64,000 nt of DNA from the NCBI RefSeq assembly GCF_006345805.1, contig NC_043004.1:71734001-71798000 (forward strand), in the 5' to 3' direction. This DNA comes from Octopus sinensis (taxonomy: Eukaryota). Position numbers and translations under genes: made by a program. The notes below the pieces were generated by a model, which worked only from the letters and a program-made list of their open reading frames with translations, searched no databases and was not told the origin of the DNA. This document shows positions 1 to 13,469 of the stretch, piece by piece. Numbering within the stretch: the stretch's first letter is position 1; the number at the start of each line of letters is the position of its first letter.

Positions 1-960
1 GAGATGACAGGAGATTTCTTATATGTCTGAAGTGCCTTCAGTTGCCAACTATGTAGGATACTATCAAATGCCTTCCAGTTGTCTATCCATGCCATACTCA
101 GGTTTTTACTTTTTGCTCGGCAATTCTCTACATTCATTTTATTTATGGATAATTGATCTTTGCAACCATAAGAATTCCTTTTATAACCTTTTTGCGCTTG
201 TGGAAAAGTAGAGTTCTGTTCAAAGAAATCGTATATCTTTTCAGTTAGTATAAATGTAAGATTATTTTAGATGATGTTGAAACATGTTATTGATCAGTAG
301 TTATTTGGATTTTTCTGTCTTTAGATGTTGGTACAAGGTATGTTGTTCCTTCAGTCAACCAGGCAGGTTTTTGCTCTGGGTTCTGGACAACATCAGTAAG
401 AGATGCAACGTATTTTTGCTGTAATTCTGTCAAAATTCAACTTGAATCTATGAATCCGGTCTAGTCCTGGGTTTTATAAAATTTCTTTGCATCCTGTATT
501 GTCGATAACATTTCATTCTTTTATCATACTTTCTAAGCTGCAGGGCCTTCAGCGGTATTCGCTGTTTCAATAGTTCCTTGGTTGCAGGGAGGTTTATATT
601 ATTTCAAATTTTCCTTGATTTCCTAGCTCCTTTTGCCTGTGCAAGGAGGTTAATTTTTGTGTTTAGCAGGGCTGTATAGAAATCTTTCAACACATATCTA
701 TAATCCTCTCCAATCCATTTTACGCACTTTGCTTTTGATGATGTATTTGATGGCCTTAAAGCATTCACGGTGACAATGAGAGAGATGTCTGCCTGTTCAG
801 CGTTGATTTTTACATGATATCACTTCCTTGTTCTTCGAATGGATAGATTTGTCATATCGCAGGCTAATCGATAAATATTTAACGCTACTTTTTGGTAACT
901 ACAATTTAGGAAAAATCTGTTTCTTGATGTTTTAAACTGAGTAACTAATTTCCTCCATTT
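1..960 (-). mobile_element. Degenerate R4/Dong-type non-LTR retrotransposon fragment (N-terminal region plus RT piece)
   Basis: Minus strand of 1-230 reads LFPQAQKGYKRNSYGCKDQLSINK...LSMAWIDNWKAFDSILHSW (RT motifs shared with the 41388-43340 ORF). Minus strand near 640-740 reads KCVKWIGEDYRYVLKDFYTALL, like the N-terminal motif in ORF 3495-3950. Confidence 0.75.
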
Positions 961-1029
961 TACATTCGTTTGCGTGAAGCAATCATCATCATCATCATCA
1001 TCATCATCATTATTATTATTATTATTATT

Positions 1030-1141
1030 GAGTGAGCGAGCAGAGCATGCCATCAAAGTGACACTGGGGTAAAATATACGAAGCCCAGTATACCCATCAT
1101 GACTACCCGTCTGATAAGGGTACACCAGGCACATGCATCAC
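1030..1141 (-). mobile_element. 5'-truncated 3' end of a ~550 bp non-coding, (TAA)n-tailed element
   Basis: Matches the first ~112 bp of 5745-6300 and 63300-63843 (GAGTGAG..GCATGCCATCAAAGTGACACTGGGGTAAAA..); flanked by (ATC/ATT)n and (TTA)n. Confidence 0.75.
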
Positions 1142-1183
1142 ATTATTATTATTATTATTATTATTATTATCATTATTATTATT

Positions 1184-1846
1184 GCCTTTACACAGCTTCT
1201 AACACTGGAGATGTACTACGGTTTCAGCTGTTCACAAGCAGTGAATTAAGGTAACACCTCTTAGTTTTCGAGCACCTTCCGGAGTATTCGAGCGCTTCCA
1301 AGCAGTGCTGTTTCCTGCAAGTGCTCCACCCTTATTGCAGCCCGTATTTGTTCCACGTACTTCTCAAGATTTTTGTTCACTGTTCCCAGAGCTCCGACAA
1401 TAATTGGTCCTACTGCTACCTTTTTCATCGACCACAACTACTTAACTTCCCAAGCTAACCTGTCATATCTCTCGACTATTCTTTTTCCTTATCGTATACC
1501 TCGTTGTCAGCTGGGCATGTCATATCTATGATCCAGCATAGTTTCTTTTCTTCCTCAATTAAGACTATGTCTGGCTTCCTATTCTCAATCTCATGGTCGC
1601 ACTGAATCATAAAATTCCACAGGATCTTTACATTTCTATTTTCGACGATGCCTTCAATTTTGTGGTCGTACCAATTTTTTGCTTTGTCAATTCCATACTT
1701 GTTGCAAAGTGTCCAATGGACAAGCCTGGCTATATTGTCGTGGCGTCCCTTATATTCCTTCTGGGCTAGTGGCCTACATTGGCTGGAAATAGGCCATAGG
1801 TTTACATGCTGTAACCCATTAGAAGGGTTCCTGGTATCTTTTGAGT

Positions 1847-1847
<1 letters not shown>
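1184..1847 (-). mobile_element. R4/Dong-type element 3' fragment (restriction-like endonuclease), a distinct subfamily
   Basis: Minus strand reads LWNFMIQCDHEIENRKPDIVLIEEEKKLCWIIDMTCP...PIIVGALGT...ALLGSARILRKVLE, with stops; followed by a (TAA)n tail at ~1142-1183. Confidence 0.8.
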
Positions 1848-1892
<45 letters not shown>

Positions 1893-4800
1893 GTGTTTTA
1901 CCTTCTTTCTTCAAATTTTCTTCAGTTTCTCGCCGAGTGTTTTCCATACATCTAGGGCAGAGAAGCTCATTGTATGCATTCCCAGATTACACGCGGAAAT
2001 TCACAGATAAAATGTATATTTAAAAATTAATAAATAAATAAATTCATGGATGGATGTTGTTTACACAACGATAATGCTCTTCTCAGTACATGAGCCGTTC
2101 CAGTTAATACGCTTTTCTGCACTTCCTGTAGGGATGGCAAGCCTGGAATCACTTTCAAATAGGTTTCAGTACCTTTTTTTATCATTCCTAGAGATCCTAC
2201 AATTGCTGGTACTGTAGTCGCCTTGAGATGCCTCAGTTTTTCAATTTCTATTAACAAGTCTTTATATTTAGTAATCTTGTCAAATTCTTTCGCCGCTATA
2301 TTGTGATCGCAAGGAATACTCATGTCAATTAATAAACACATCTTTTTTGTCTGATCTTTTATTATAATATCCGGTTTATTAGCTTTTATAGTCTTGTCGG
2401 TCCGTACGGGGAAGTTCCATAGACTCGACACATTTTCTCCCTCAGTCACAACTTCAGGATGGTGTTTATACCATTTGTCAGCGGTTTTGATTTTATAATG
2501 CCGACATATTGTCCAATGTAAATACTAGCCGTCTCTTTCATGTCTTGCTTTATATTCTGCAGGCGCTAAGGCTCTACACCCTGAGATTAGGTGGTCTATT
2601 GTTTCAATCTCATCGTTACAGAATCGGCCTTTTGGGTGAGCTCCATTTTATATCACATTGGTTTGGTAGTTCCGGGTTAATAAGCTTTAGTTTTGAGCAG
2701 CTAATATGAAACATTCACTCTCTACTTTTAGCCCTGAACTTCGTAACCATTGGTGCGTGTGTTTCTGGTCGACATCAGCTTGTTTGCTACGGGCCACATA
2801 CTTGCCATGGAGAGGTTTCTGTTCCCATCTGCTAGCTAATTTTTCATGCGCTTTGCAATTAATTTTCTTTTCTTTGCAGCTGCAGTTGGTGCATTTCCTT
2901 CAGCCTGCTCAATCTGGTGGGTATCTAAGAGATCAGCAGCGAAGTTTTTGCTCTCTTTGAGAATAGAGTGAAGTTTTTTTAGGTCTTTCATGTTTTTCAA
3001 CAAGTTTTAGCATCCAATCGTTGGTTGCTTCAAGGTATTTGGCCAGTCCGATTGTGGTGGTTTTGTATGTAAGTTCAAGCTGGATCAAACTTCGTCCTCC
3101 CTGAGCTCTGGGAAGGTAAAGACGATCCACGTCTGTCTTTGGATGGTGTATCTTATTACAAGTCAGTAGCTTGCGGGTTTTTCTGTCAATTTTCATTATT
3201 TCACTGATATTCCAGTTAAGCACATTGAAGTTATAAAGAACAACTGGGACTGCTAAGGAATTTATGGCCAACACCTTATTATATGCATTCAGCTCAGACT
3301 GCAGGACTGCTCGAACATTCCTTCCTAACCTTGTCTTTCATGCTTGCATGCTGGATACCAGAGCCTTCATTTATTCCTAGGTATTTATAGGTTTCTTCCT
3401 GCTCATGAGGCCCCTGTATGAAGATTAGTGGTTAATGTTTTTCTTTCTTTTCTTTCCTTTTTTTAATGAAAACTTAATAATAATTTAACTTTACTTGAAA
3501 AGAAAATTTCTAACAGTACACCGAATCGTTTGTCCAATGGTTATACAGGAAGCGCGCCCGTCAGGAGGCTGCCAGCCTGATGGCGAAAAATTTTCAAATG
3601 GCAGAATATCTTCCACGAGTACGAACCTGGAAGGTCACTTAAACGGGATTTGTCCCAAATTAAGCCCCCAAATTTCACCACCACAACGACCAGAAAATCA
3701 AAAATCTAAAAGAACTAAATGGAACCGGGAAGAATATAAAGAAGTAATATATGCTTATTACTTTGCATTAAGTAGGCCAACCCAACAGAAACACACTGCA
3801 AACTCCTACGGAATTTGGAGGAGCCGGAATCCAGCTAGCAGACCAAACCTGGATAAAAACAGATTAGCAAATGCTAGAAGAGATATCTTCAGAAATACCA
3901 GACTCACAGATACAGAATTAACCTCTATTAAAAGAAGTGGTAGAGAATGACCTAAATGTAAGTCAGGAAAGAAATAACGAAGCTGAGGAGAGCAATGTGG
4001 GGCCACAAGCATTTACTGAAAGACGACCATCTGCCGAAACGACTCAAGATCCTGAAGAAAAAGGAAAATATAATGATCCTAGAAAAACAGCCCGGAAATA
4101 ATGTCGAAACAGAATTTGAAGACCACATGTTTGCTGAACAACACTGAATATCTATCATTGAAATAATGCAAGAAGTTCTGAATGAGCTTGCAGTTGTAGG
4201 GCATACAACTATGAATGATAGGGAACCACTCCATAAACTCTCAAATGCACATCAACATAAAACACAAATAAAATTGGCAACTGCGTTACACAAGAAATCA
4301 TACAACAACTAAAACCCGATCTTAATAAATTAAATGAAATTATTTACTCTGTCGCTAAGGTAATCGAAAGACGCTGTTTAACACCCCAAACCCAACAATA
4401 CCAAATTCGAAAAGAAAATCAAACTGGAGGAGTAGAATTAAAACTGAAATTGAATCATTGCGCAGGGAGATATCAATATTAACTGAGCTAATTTCTGAAA
4501 ATGATGTAAGATCAAGAAAAGGCAGGAAGATTGTGAGAAAATATGGACACTCAACAAGAGAACTAATGTCAGCGAAAGAAACACTTAAACAAAAAGTTCA
4601 AGCAAAAGCTCAGAGAATACGCAGATTTGAGAAAAGAATCAAATTCTACAAACAAAATAAGATGTCCAAATCCAATGACAAATCACTTTACAGGGAAATA
4701 GGGAAAAAAAGTAACCTCTGAAAATCCACCCCTAATGGAAGAAGTTGAAAATTTTTGGAAGGGGATCTGAAGTGATGAGAAACCATAGAATGAAAATGCA

Positions 4801-5705
4801 GAGTGGATCAAACGCACCCAAGATGACTACAAAAACCTGCAAGAACAGGTATGGGAAGACATCTCAATCGCCGACCTAAGGAGAGCACTTACGAAGGCTC
4901 ATAAGTGGGACTCCCCTGGTATTGATAGAGTACCAAATTTCTGGCTCTCATCACTCTAGTCCGCACACAAGATGTTAGTAATACTATTTAATAGTATTAG
5001 GAAAGACCCGGAAAAAACTCCTCATTGGATGGCAAATGGTATTACTTACCTCCTCCCCAAAAATAACAAAACGAAGACCCTAAAAACTACCGGCCTATAA
5101 CATGTTTATCTACTACCTATAAGATTTTGACATCTATTCTAGTAGAGAAAACATATACGTTTATGGAAGAGAATAACCTTTTTCCCACAGAACAAAAAGG
5201 ATGCAGACGAGGCTCTTCAGAACTGCCATAACAAGCGCAGATATCTCAGCTCTTCATGGATTGATTATAAAAAAGTCTTTGACAGCATACCGGATTCGTG
5301 GATTCTGAAATCGCTGGACATTTTCAAAATTTCTCCTGTGATTTCAGATTTTTTAAAGTATAATATGTCACTATGGAACACAAAGCTCCAATTACATCAT
5401 TCTAATGGAGTATTGCGCTTAAACAATATTAGCATAAACTGTGGAATTTTCCAAGGTGACTCACTTAATTTTCTGCATAACACTAATACCACTCTCAAGT
5501 GAACTGAATAGAACAGGATATGGCTACAAAATTGACAACAGGAAAATAAGCTATCTATTTTATAGGGATTATTTAAAGCTATATGGCAAAGATGATGAAG
5601 AGCTTGAAGGATTATTACATACTGTGAAAGAATTCAGTGATGATATCGGGATGGAGTTTGGCATTGAAAAGTGTTCCAAAGTCACTTTTAAGAAAGGGAA
5701 ATTGC
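1848..5705 (-). mobile_element. R4/Dong-type retrotransposon with inverted 5' portion (pseudogenised)
   Basis: Minus 3430->2030 encodes QEETYKYLG..LAINSLAVP..GGRSL..KANKPDIII..IDMSIP..VGSLG, then a 3' UTR and (TAA)n tail at 1848-1892. Plus 3495->5705 encodes the N-terminus (KRTKWNREEY...) and RT up to KCSKVTFKKGKL. Many stops and frameshifts. Confidence 0.85.
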
Positions 5706-5744
5706 ATCATCATCATCATCATCATCATTATTATTATTATTATT

Positions 5745-6300
5745 GAGTGAGAGAACAGTGCATGCCATCAAAGTGACACTGGGGTAAAATATACGAAGCG
5801 CAGCATACACATCATGACTACCCGTCTGGTAAGGGTACGCTAGGCACATGCATCACAACCATATGTGCACCACATGGTGATCTCATATCAAGATAAACAG
5901 TGCATGACCTTGCAGGTGGAGCCCATATAGAATTTTCTTCTGGTCGAGTAACCCATCCCGCTCAAAATGTCCCTGAATAAGAGTTGTTTAAGGATGTTGA
6001 ACGAACCACCCATGTTTCCAAAGGTGGATTATCCAAACCTCTAAGATTTCCTTTCATCACACAGCTATGATGCTCCCTCACTACTTCTGCTCGTGATCAG
6101 AGATGTACATATCGTCAGCCACTAACGGACACGCTCAACTGGTTATGGTCAAACAACTGACAAGAAAATCTGTGGTATTGAGCAGAATATTTGCTGTATC
6201 CCATCTTTTATACAGAGACAAAACAATGTACATGATAACACTTCCAATGAGCTAAGATCAGAAGCCACGAGAGCCACTGTCTGGTACTGCATCAGGGCAG
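5745..6300 (-). mobile_element. ~556 bp non-coding SINE-like element embedded in (TAA)n microsatellite
   Basis: Full-length similarity to 63300-63843 and partial to 1030-1141; no meaningful ORF; all three copies abut TTA tracts on the same side. Confidence 0.7.
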
Positions 6301-6476
6301 ATTATTATTATTATTATTACTATTACTATTATTATTACTATTATTACTACTATTACTATTATTATTACTATTATTATCATCATCATCACCACCACCACCA
6401 CCACCACCACCACCATCATCATCATTATTATTATTACTATTACTATTACTATTACTATTACTATTACTACAACTAC

Positions 6477-6571
<95 letters not shown>

Positions 6572-6600
6572 TGATCATTATCATTATAATTATTATTATT
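6301..6600. repeat. Compound trinucleotide microsatellite (ATT/ACT/CAT/CAC/TAG)
   Basis: Directly visible; gives the poly-I/L/V ORF 6258-6584. Confidence 0.95.
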
Positions 6601-8430
6601 TAACTATTCAACATTTGGTAGATTGAGGCTAATTTGGTGGGGTTTTTTCCTCATTATGATAACTAAGATGTTTGCTTTTATTTCTTTCTCGGTTTGAACA
6701 GCCATATCCCAGATGATTGTCGCTTTGTCGTTGTCTTGTACCTTATTTGGCACATCCTTATACTCTCTAGTGTCAGTTCTACTGTTGTGATATTGGCATG
6801 TTGCCCAGAGGATATAACTGCTGACTTTATCTCTATCTGTATATATATTCAAATTTGGCACGAGACGCTGCGGTCAACTGGCTCATTGTGCTGCTTGCAC
6901 ATTCTGCATTTGCTTTAGCGGGTCTGTTTTCATTATTGTGTTTTTATAAATGTTTGTATTCAGGCATTGGTCTTGTGCAGTGAGAAACATTACTTCCATA
7001 TCACCTTGTAATCTAAAGCTTTTGGACCGTCGTTGGCTTTTAATGAGGCTCACTTTCTTTCCGTCAAGTCTTGCAGGGTATTAGCCATGGAGTGATTTTT
7101 CTTTCCATTTCTTCTTCAGTATCTTCTGTAATTTTGTTTTCATGTTGTTTTCTGTCTCTTTGACCATTTCTTCTATGTTTTCATCTGAGGCTATTTAAGT
7201 ATTTTGTCACCTCGTTGTGAAATAGAGAAAAGCGTTTTCTTCTTGTCGCGATGCTTTACTTAATGTAATAGACTTCCACTCTTTGTCTCTAAGTACTTTC
7301 CTAGTCTGAATGTTGTTATTTTATAGTAGATCTCTATCTGTATCAGAACAGAGCCTCCTTCTGAGTGGAGTTGATATATTCTGTCTGCGTCTGCTTTGGC
7401 GTGGTGACTTCGGTACACTGTTAGTAGTTTTCTGTTTTCTACCCCCACCCATCTAGGTTTCTCAATTCACTGATCTTTCAGTTTATTTTGTTAAAACTGT
7501 AATTTTTGATTGGTATGGCCAGCATGTTTATCCCCTGTTTCGTTTGTTTCTAGAAATGTGTATTGGTGGTTGTGATCTAATTCTCTAATTTCTGTGTCTA
7601 TGTCGTGTGCTGTGTTTTCAGGGCTAAATAATTTGCCTCTACTCAGTGTGACTGTGGCACATTTGTACAACCCACTGCTCATTCCGATGTCATTGCTGAA
7701 ATTATGAATTATATAACTAAATTGCTGAAGTGGTTGGCCTCTTATCTATAGATAAAGATTTATTTTATTTAAACTCCTATCAAATAAATTTATGATTATT
7801 TTGAATTCTCTATTTAGTTGCATAAGCGTTTCCGTTTTTCATAAAGTTTTATGCGCCAAATTTTCCTACTATGCCCTGTTTAACATTTCCTATCACCTCC
7901 CAGGTATCTTCTTAATTTTTGCGTTGCATTATTTTGTTATATGGGCCTTATTTCATTTTATTTTGATCCCGTTTTCCCGAATTTACAAAGTAATGATAAG
8001 ACTTTTTTGTTTCTGATTTTTTAAAAATTATGATCCGTTTCCATTTTCGAGACTGAGATCTGGCTGGCATTGTATTTTCCTTGTAGGGATTTTGGGTCCA
8101 GTTTCCAGATCAACTCATTTAGTTTATTGATATCTAGTGTATATTTTGATATGTTGATTATTTCTTACAAGGGTCTGTTGTATCTATTTATCATTTTACA
8201 GAGCTGTTTATTATCATTCTTTTTGTAGCCTGGGGTGACGTTCACGTTGGTTCACATGTATCGACTGTTTGATGTTTAGTTCTACTTTCGTTATTTGTTC
8301 AGTCGCTTCGACACCCTCATCGGTTATAGCTGCTCTGTTATGTTGTGTGTTATTTTGTTTGTTGTTATTTTGTGCTGTGTCTGTGCCTGTGTATAAGTGT
8401 TGTTAAGTTGCTGTCCTGTTCTATTTATTT
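6600..8430 (-). mobile_element. Highly degraded R4/Dong-type element
   Basis: Minus ORFs 6604-6861 (KATIIWDMAVQTEKEIKAN), 7260-7448 (RKLLT..HHAKADADRIY..EGG..LIQIE) and 7491-7682 (KCATVTLSRGKL) are colinear with the Dong RT-RLE at 41388-43609. Confidence 0.75.
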
Positions 8431-8828
8431 ATGATATTATTATTATAATTAATATTATTATTATTACAATTAGTATATTTGTTTTATTGCGTGTTAAAGA
8501 ATTTTGATCTCGGGAGAAACAACCCAATTTCTGTAATGAGGATGAAATACCCAAAATGTACCCCCACCATCATTTAAAAGAAACAATCAGTGATGTGTCA
8601 TACAATAAGCTATTTGTAGTTATTTTCGTTCCTCAATGCTTTGATTCCGAATCCCGCTACGATCATGCCTGATATCATTGTCCATAAAATAATACTAGTT
8701 AATTACTGATATCGACGTATCATAGTCGACTGTAACCTCCTACCAAAATATGCAACTGCCTAGACGAGAAATCATAGTTATCAGCAACGAATATCTATAA
8801 TGCAAATAAATAAAATGTTAATATATAC

Positions 8829-8980
8829 CCATCATAAAACTTGTACGTTGCTGTTACATTTCCAAACCACGGTGTCGTAAGAAGCCGAGTGGGATTGAAC
8901 CATTCCGTGCTACTTGAATTTTTTGCATTGAAAGTTAATGAGAGTATTTCAGTACTATTTTTTATCACGAAGAGTTTCAC
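8829..8980 (-). CDS. Coding exon 3 of secreted PAN-domain protein, left copy (VKLFVIKNSTEILSLTFNAKNSSSTEWFNPTRLLTTPWFGNVTATYKFYD+GG)
   Basis: Acceptor atttgcag at 8988-8981, donor GTATAT at 8828; 152 bp; starts in phase 0, matching the exon 2 end; the partner exon 57734-57885 has the same length and frame. Confidence 0.8.
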
Positions 8981-10875
8981 CTGCAAATAAAATTTCGAAT
9001 GAAATCAAATAGAAATTTGACAAGGAAGGCGAGAATGAGAGAGATTGAGAAAGGGAGGGGGCGTGACGCAGATGGAGAGAAAAGTATGGGTACAGATGGA
9101 CTGCTCATCAGAGGGCAAGTGAGAGGTGGAGAGTGACAATGAGGAAATGGAGAAAGACTGTTGTATGAGAGTAATGACAAGAGAAATATTTAGTGGAAGC
9201 CTTAAGAGAGAGAAGATTCTGGAAAAAAATATGCGTGTATTTTTGTTCAATGTATAAGAGGTGGAAATGGACAATAGATTACTGACGTTTGACTTAAATT
9301 GTGTAAATTCAAGTGTGTCTGTAGGACAGATTCTTTGTTTTTATTCTGTGAACCACGATTCACAGAATAATGATGAATGGATATGAAAATGAATTCCTGG
9401 AAATTATTGTTTTCAAACCATTCATGTTCTGATTAGCAGTGGTTTTATCCCCATTACTGTAATAAGGTGAAAACACAGTACGGAGAAGATCTGGATCCTT
9501 TCTATAATATGCATAAACCATCGATACATAGATTCATACATACTGTTGGAGGAGAAACATCATGACCATCCCCACGTGACCAAAATTGGACTGGTGTTTT
9601 TCAATGAAATAAAGAAACTGTGTGAACTGTCAACAATTGACTGTCGGCAGTCGATGGCGGGCAATCCTCAGCGTTGATCGTCAGTATTGGATTACACTAT
9701 TAGTATATTATCGTATCGACGTTTGGTGTGGTACAGAATACATTCTGGGTGAACAAATTAATTCTGCGAAAGTCCATTGTAGATAACTATATACGAATAT
9801 TTATTTGGGTAATACTATTCCTACAATCTTTCGCACACCCGAACGTCGTCATAATAATATCTGAGAAGAGATGAAGACAGTCAGAGAAAATATTTTATAA
9901 CATTCCATACGGTTCTCTACCTTCAGAATCTCAACCCTAGCGAAGTCAATTTACTGCTTCATCCTTTCGAATTTGATAAAACCATTTCCAATTACAGTTG
10001 CGTCGATTGCAGACGATAAATGAGTGTGTGCAGTACGGTAGAGAACCGTACGAAATGCCACAAATCATTTTGTCCGACGCTCTTTTGATTTTGCAAATTC
10101 ACTAGCCTTGTGTTGGAATAGTCGATTCCATCGACTCCAGTACTAGACTGGTACTCTATTTTATCAATTCTGAAAGAAGGAAAGACAAGTTTGAGCCCGA
10201 CGGTATTTGAACACAAATATTCAAAAGCAAAACTCTACAGGTCGAACGATTTGGCTTCTCATCTACTGTTGTATTTTTCCTTTTACCCTAAATATTCTCC
10301 CTGGTAGATGACAAAGGTTGGAAGATGTTCTAATCGTATAGGTTTCCCAAGATATTGTTTCTCGGGAAACAGGACCCAGTAGAAAGTTAATTTCTGATTT
10401 GTTCTAGATTTGGTTGTTATTTCCTCCAAATAAAAGGATCACGTAGCGTTTCCGTCGCAACTTGAACTTCTTTCTAAGTACTCATTTACGTCTAACATAA
10501 CAAGAATGCTTGTGAATGTATGTGTGTGTGCTCGAATATAAGGGTACGTGTCTGTGCTTGTGTGTGTATGAGTGTGTGTGTGTGTTTTGAGCGTGCTTGT
10601 CTGTGAATGTGCGTGTGCATTTAGATGATTCTCCAAGCAACTGGCATAGAAAGATATAAAAGAAAATAAGACACGTATCAAAACCGAAGCATGTTTGACA
10701 ACAGGATTTAAAAAGCAATAAAACCAAAAAAATGAAGAAACGAAATTACACACGCCATTGCAGTAACGACATGAACAACACATAAAAGTTACATCCTTCA
10801 ATACATAGCGAGCTGACTATTATGTTGACTGCTTTACGAAATGAAAATAATTTGGAAATTTTGAAAATTTATTAC

Positions 10876-10967
10876 CTTGTCGACAGGCCAATCATCCCAG
10901 AACGTATCAAGGGGATTATTTTTAAACGTTTCATTGGTCAACTCATAAATTTTCACCCTGTTTCTGT
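10876..10967 (-). CDS. Coding exon 2 of secreted PAN-domain protein, left copy ((D)RNRVKIYELTNETFKNNPLDTFWDDWPVDK)
   Basis: Acceptor ttattcatgcag, donor GTAATA at 10875; 92 bp; phase 1 in and phase 0 out, joining exon 1 (AAC G|) and exon 3 in frame. Confidence 0.8.
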
Positions 10968-11814
10968 CTGCATGAATAATGAATAATAAAATATTAAATG
11001 TAAAGGAACAGACAAGATTTTGGTGCACACTTTCATTAACGTTTTAAACAAAATATCTTATTTCCTACAGTACCGTGAAAAGTGCTGTGAAAAGTTCTGT
11101 ATTAGTTTAAAATTTATTATATTCGATACACAATTTTCCCAAGCTTCGAATTCATTTTCAATTATAGTTTCTTTTACACAAATTTCAGAGTTTGATACTA
11201 GACAGAAATAATAGAAATCTGTTATTGTTATTTATCACAAAATGAACTTTCAGTGAGAATCCCCCTGGAAGAATTTGTTCTAACATGACCATTCCTTCCA
11301 TCTGTCTTATTATTCCGATCTAGCATATCATTCGTTTCAAGATGATAGGATGTAATTTAAGGGAGATTTCTCTATTTCTAGCAGATAGAGCGACCTATGA
11401 AAGATGGTCCCTTTGAGCTGTTAGAGTTTTGACAATAAATGAGAGAGGTCATTCACATGTAAAATATCTGGTTTATTAATATTAGTTATGTAATTGATTA
11501 CGACCCTCGTGCACGAATACCATTGGGAAACGACCTTTAAGCATTCTTTGAATGAAAAGATTTGTTAGGATATCGCATATATTGAACAATTAACTTGGAT
11601 TCATTATTCTAACATTGAATAAATCTTTGGAATGAACTATTGTTTCTGTTTTCTTTTTGCTACGTTTATAAAGATTTGGTGCTGTCTCCATAACGATCAT
11701 TTAGAAAGAAACATTTTCTTCTCTTACAGTTTACGAAACAATATATCTAATATGTTCTATGCCGGCAGGCATACGAAAAGTAGATGCTTCTATATACCTA
11801 TGTATGCATGTATC

Positions 11815-12345
<531 letters not shown>

Positions 12346-12744
12346 TAGAGTAATATATATATGTAAATATATATATTTATATGCATGTGTGTGTATGTAT
12401 GTACGTATGTATGTATGTATGTGTGTATGTATGTATGTATTTATGTATGTATGTATGTATGCATGTACATATGTATGTATGTATACGAGGGCATGTAGAA
12501 AATTTCCTGGCTTTAAGAGACTCACGAAAGATCTGGTCGGTGATTCAAATCTCCGAGTTCTTTTACAGGGCTTACAAAAATTGAAATGTCTGTGATTTAG
12601 ATAACTGAGTATATTAAATAAATTCACGAGTAATTGATCCCCTACTCTTTCCTTTTACCTAATGCAAGGCACCTTTCAGCACTCCCTCATCTAACTCATA
12701 TGGACATATAAATATATACATATATATAACAAAGTAAAGTTGTA

Positions 12745-13000
12745 AGGTACCGTACGTGTGGAAATATATATGAAAGAAGGTTTGAAAATGCAATCTTAAA
12801 GATGTTTATTTACTTAACCTGTTTCACTTTTTTAGAAAAAGATCGTCAAAAGTAAAATGTAAAGCATTGTATGAGCTTTGTTGTGTTAAGTACTGGTTAT
12901 TAAAATACAGATATACATTCTTTGATAATAATAAAAGAATGTTAAAAACGGGTTACAAGAAAGCATTTAAGAAAGTAATCAGAACGGGACTCCGAAAATT
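12745..13000 (+). repeat. Dispersed repeat copy (unclassified)
   Basis: Similar to 52170-52400 (same strand) and 16235-16445 (inverted): ATGAAAGAAGGTTTGAAA.TGCAAT..AAGATGTTTATTTACTT. Confidence 0.6.
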
Positions 13001-13469
13001 ATTATGAGTTTAAAAAAATCATGTTTGCTTGGTAGTATATATATATACACAGAAGGAGATATATTTAAGAATTTACAAAAATTTGCAGAAGAATAACTGA
13101 CCTGTCTTTCTGACATTTGGTCTTGTGTGTAGCTAAGGAATATTTGCTATTTTAAGGGATAGTGTGGTAGGAAGGAAGAGCAATGTGGAATCAAAAGGAT
13201 TTTCGTTTCTAAGCTAGGCTGTCATGGTTCAGTGGTTTTGGGGACTGGTCTTAGAGGTAAGAATGGTGTGAGTGTGTGTGTCACTGTGCACGTCTCTATG
13301 TGTGTGTATATATACATGTGCTGGTGTTTTATATTGTCAGGGTGTTGTGTGTGCGCGTGTGTGTATGAGTTTGATCGCGCGTGTGTATGTGTGCGTCCGT
13401 GTGTGTGCGTGTGTATATTTGTGTGTTTTGTGTTGGCGGGAATGTTATGTGTCTGTACGAGAGAAAAGG

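Noticed and set aside
9992-10216. ORF conserved in both arms (also 56510-56734) after a good polypyrimidine-AG, as an extra exon
   Set aside because: Its only open frame needs phase 2 while exon 2 ends in phase 0, the AG is AA in the right arm, and exons 2 and 3 already join in frame; conservation is explained by the duplication.
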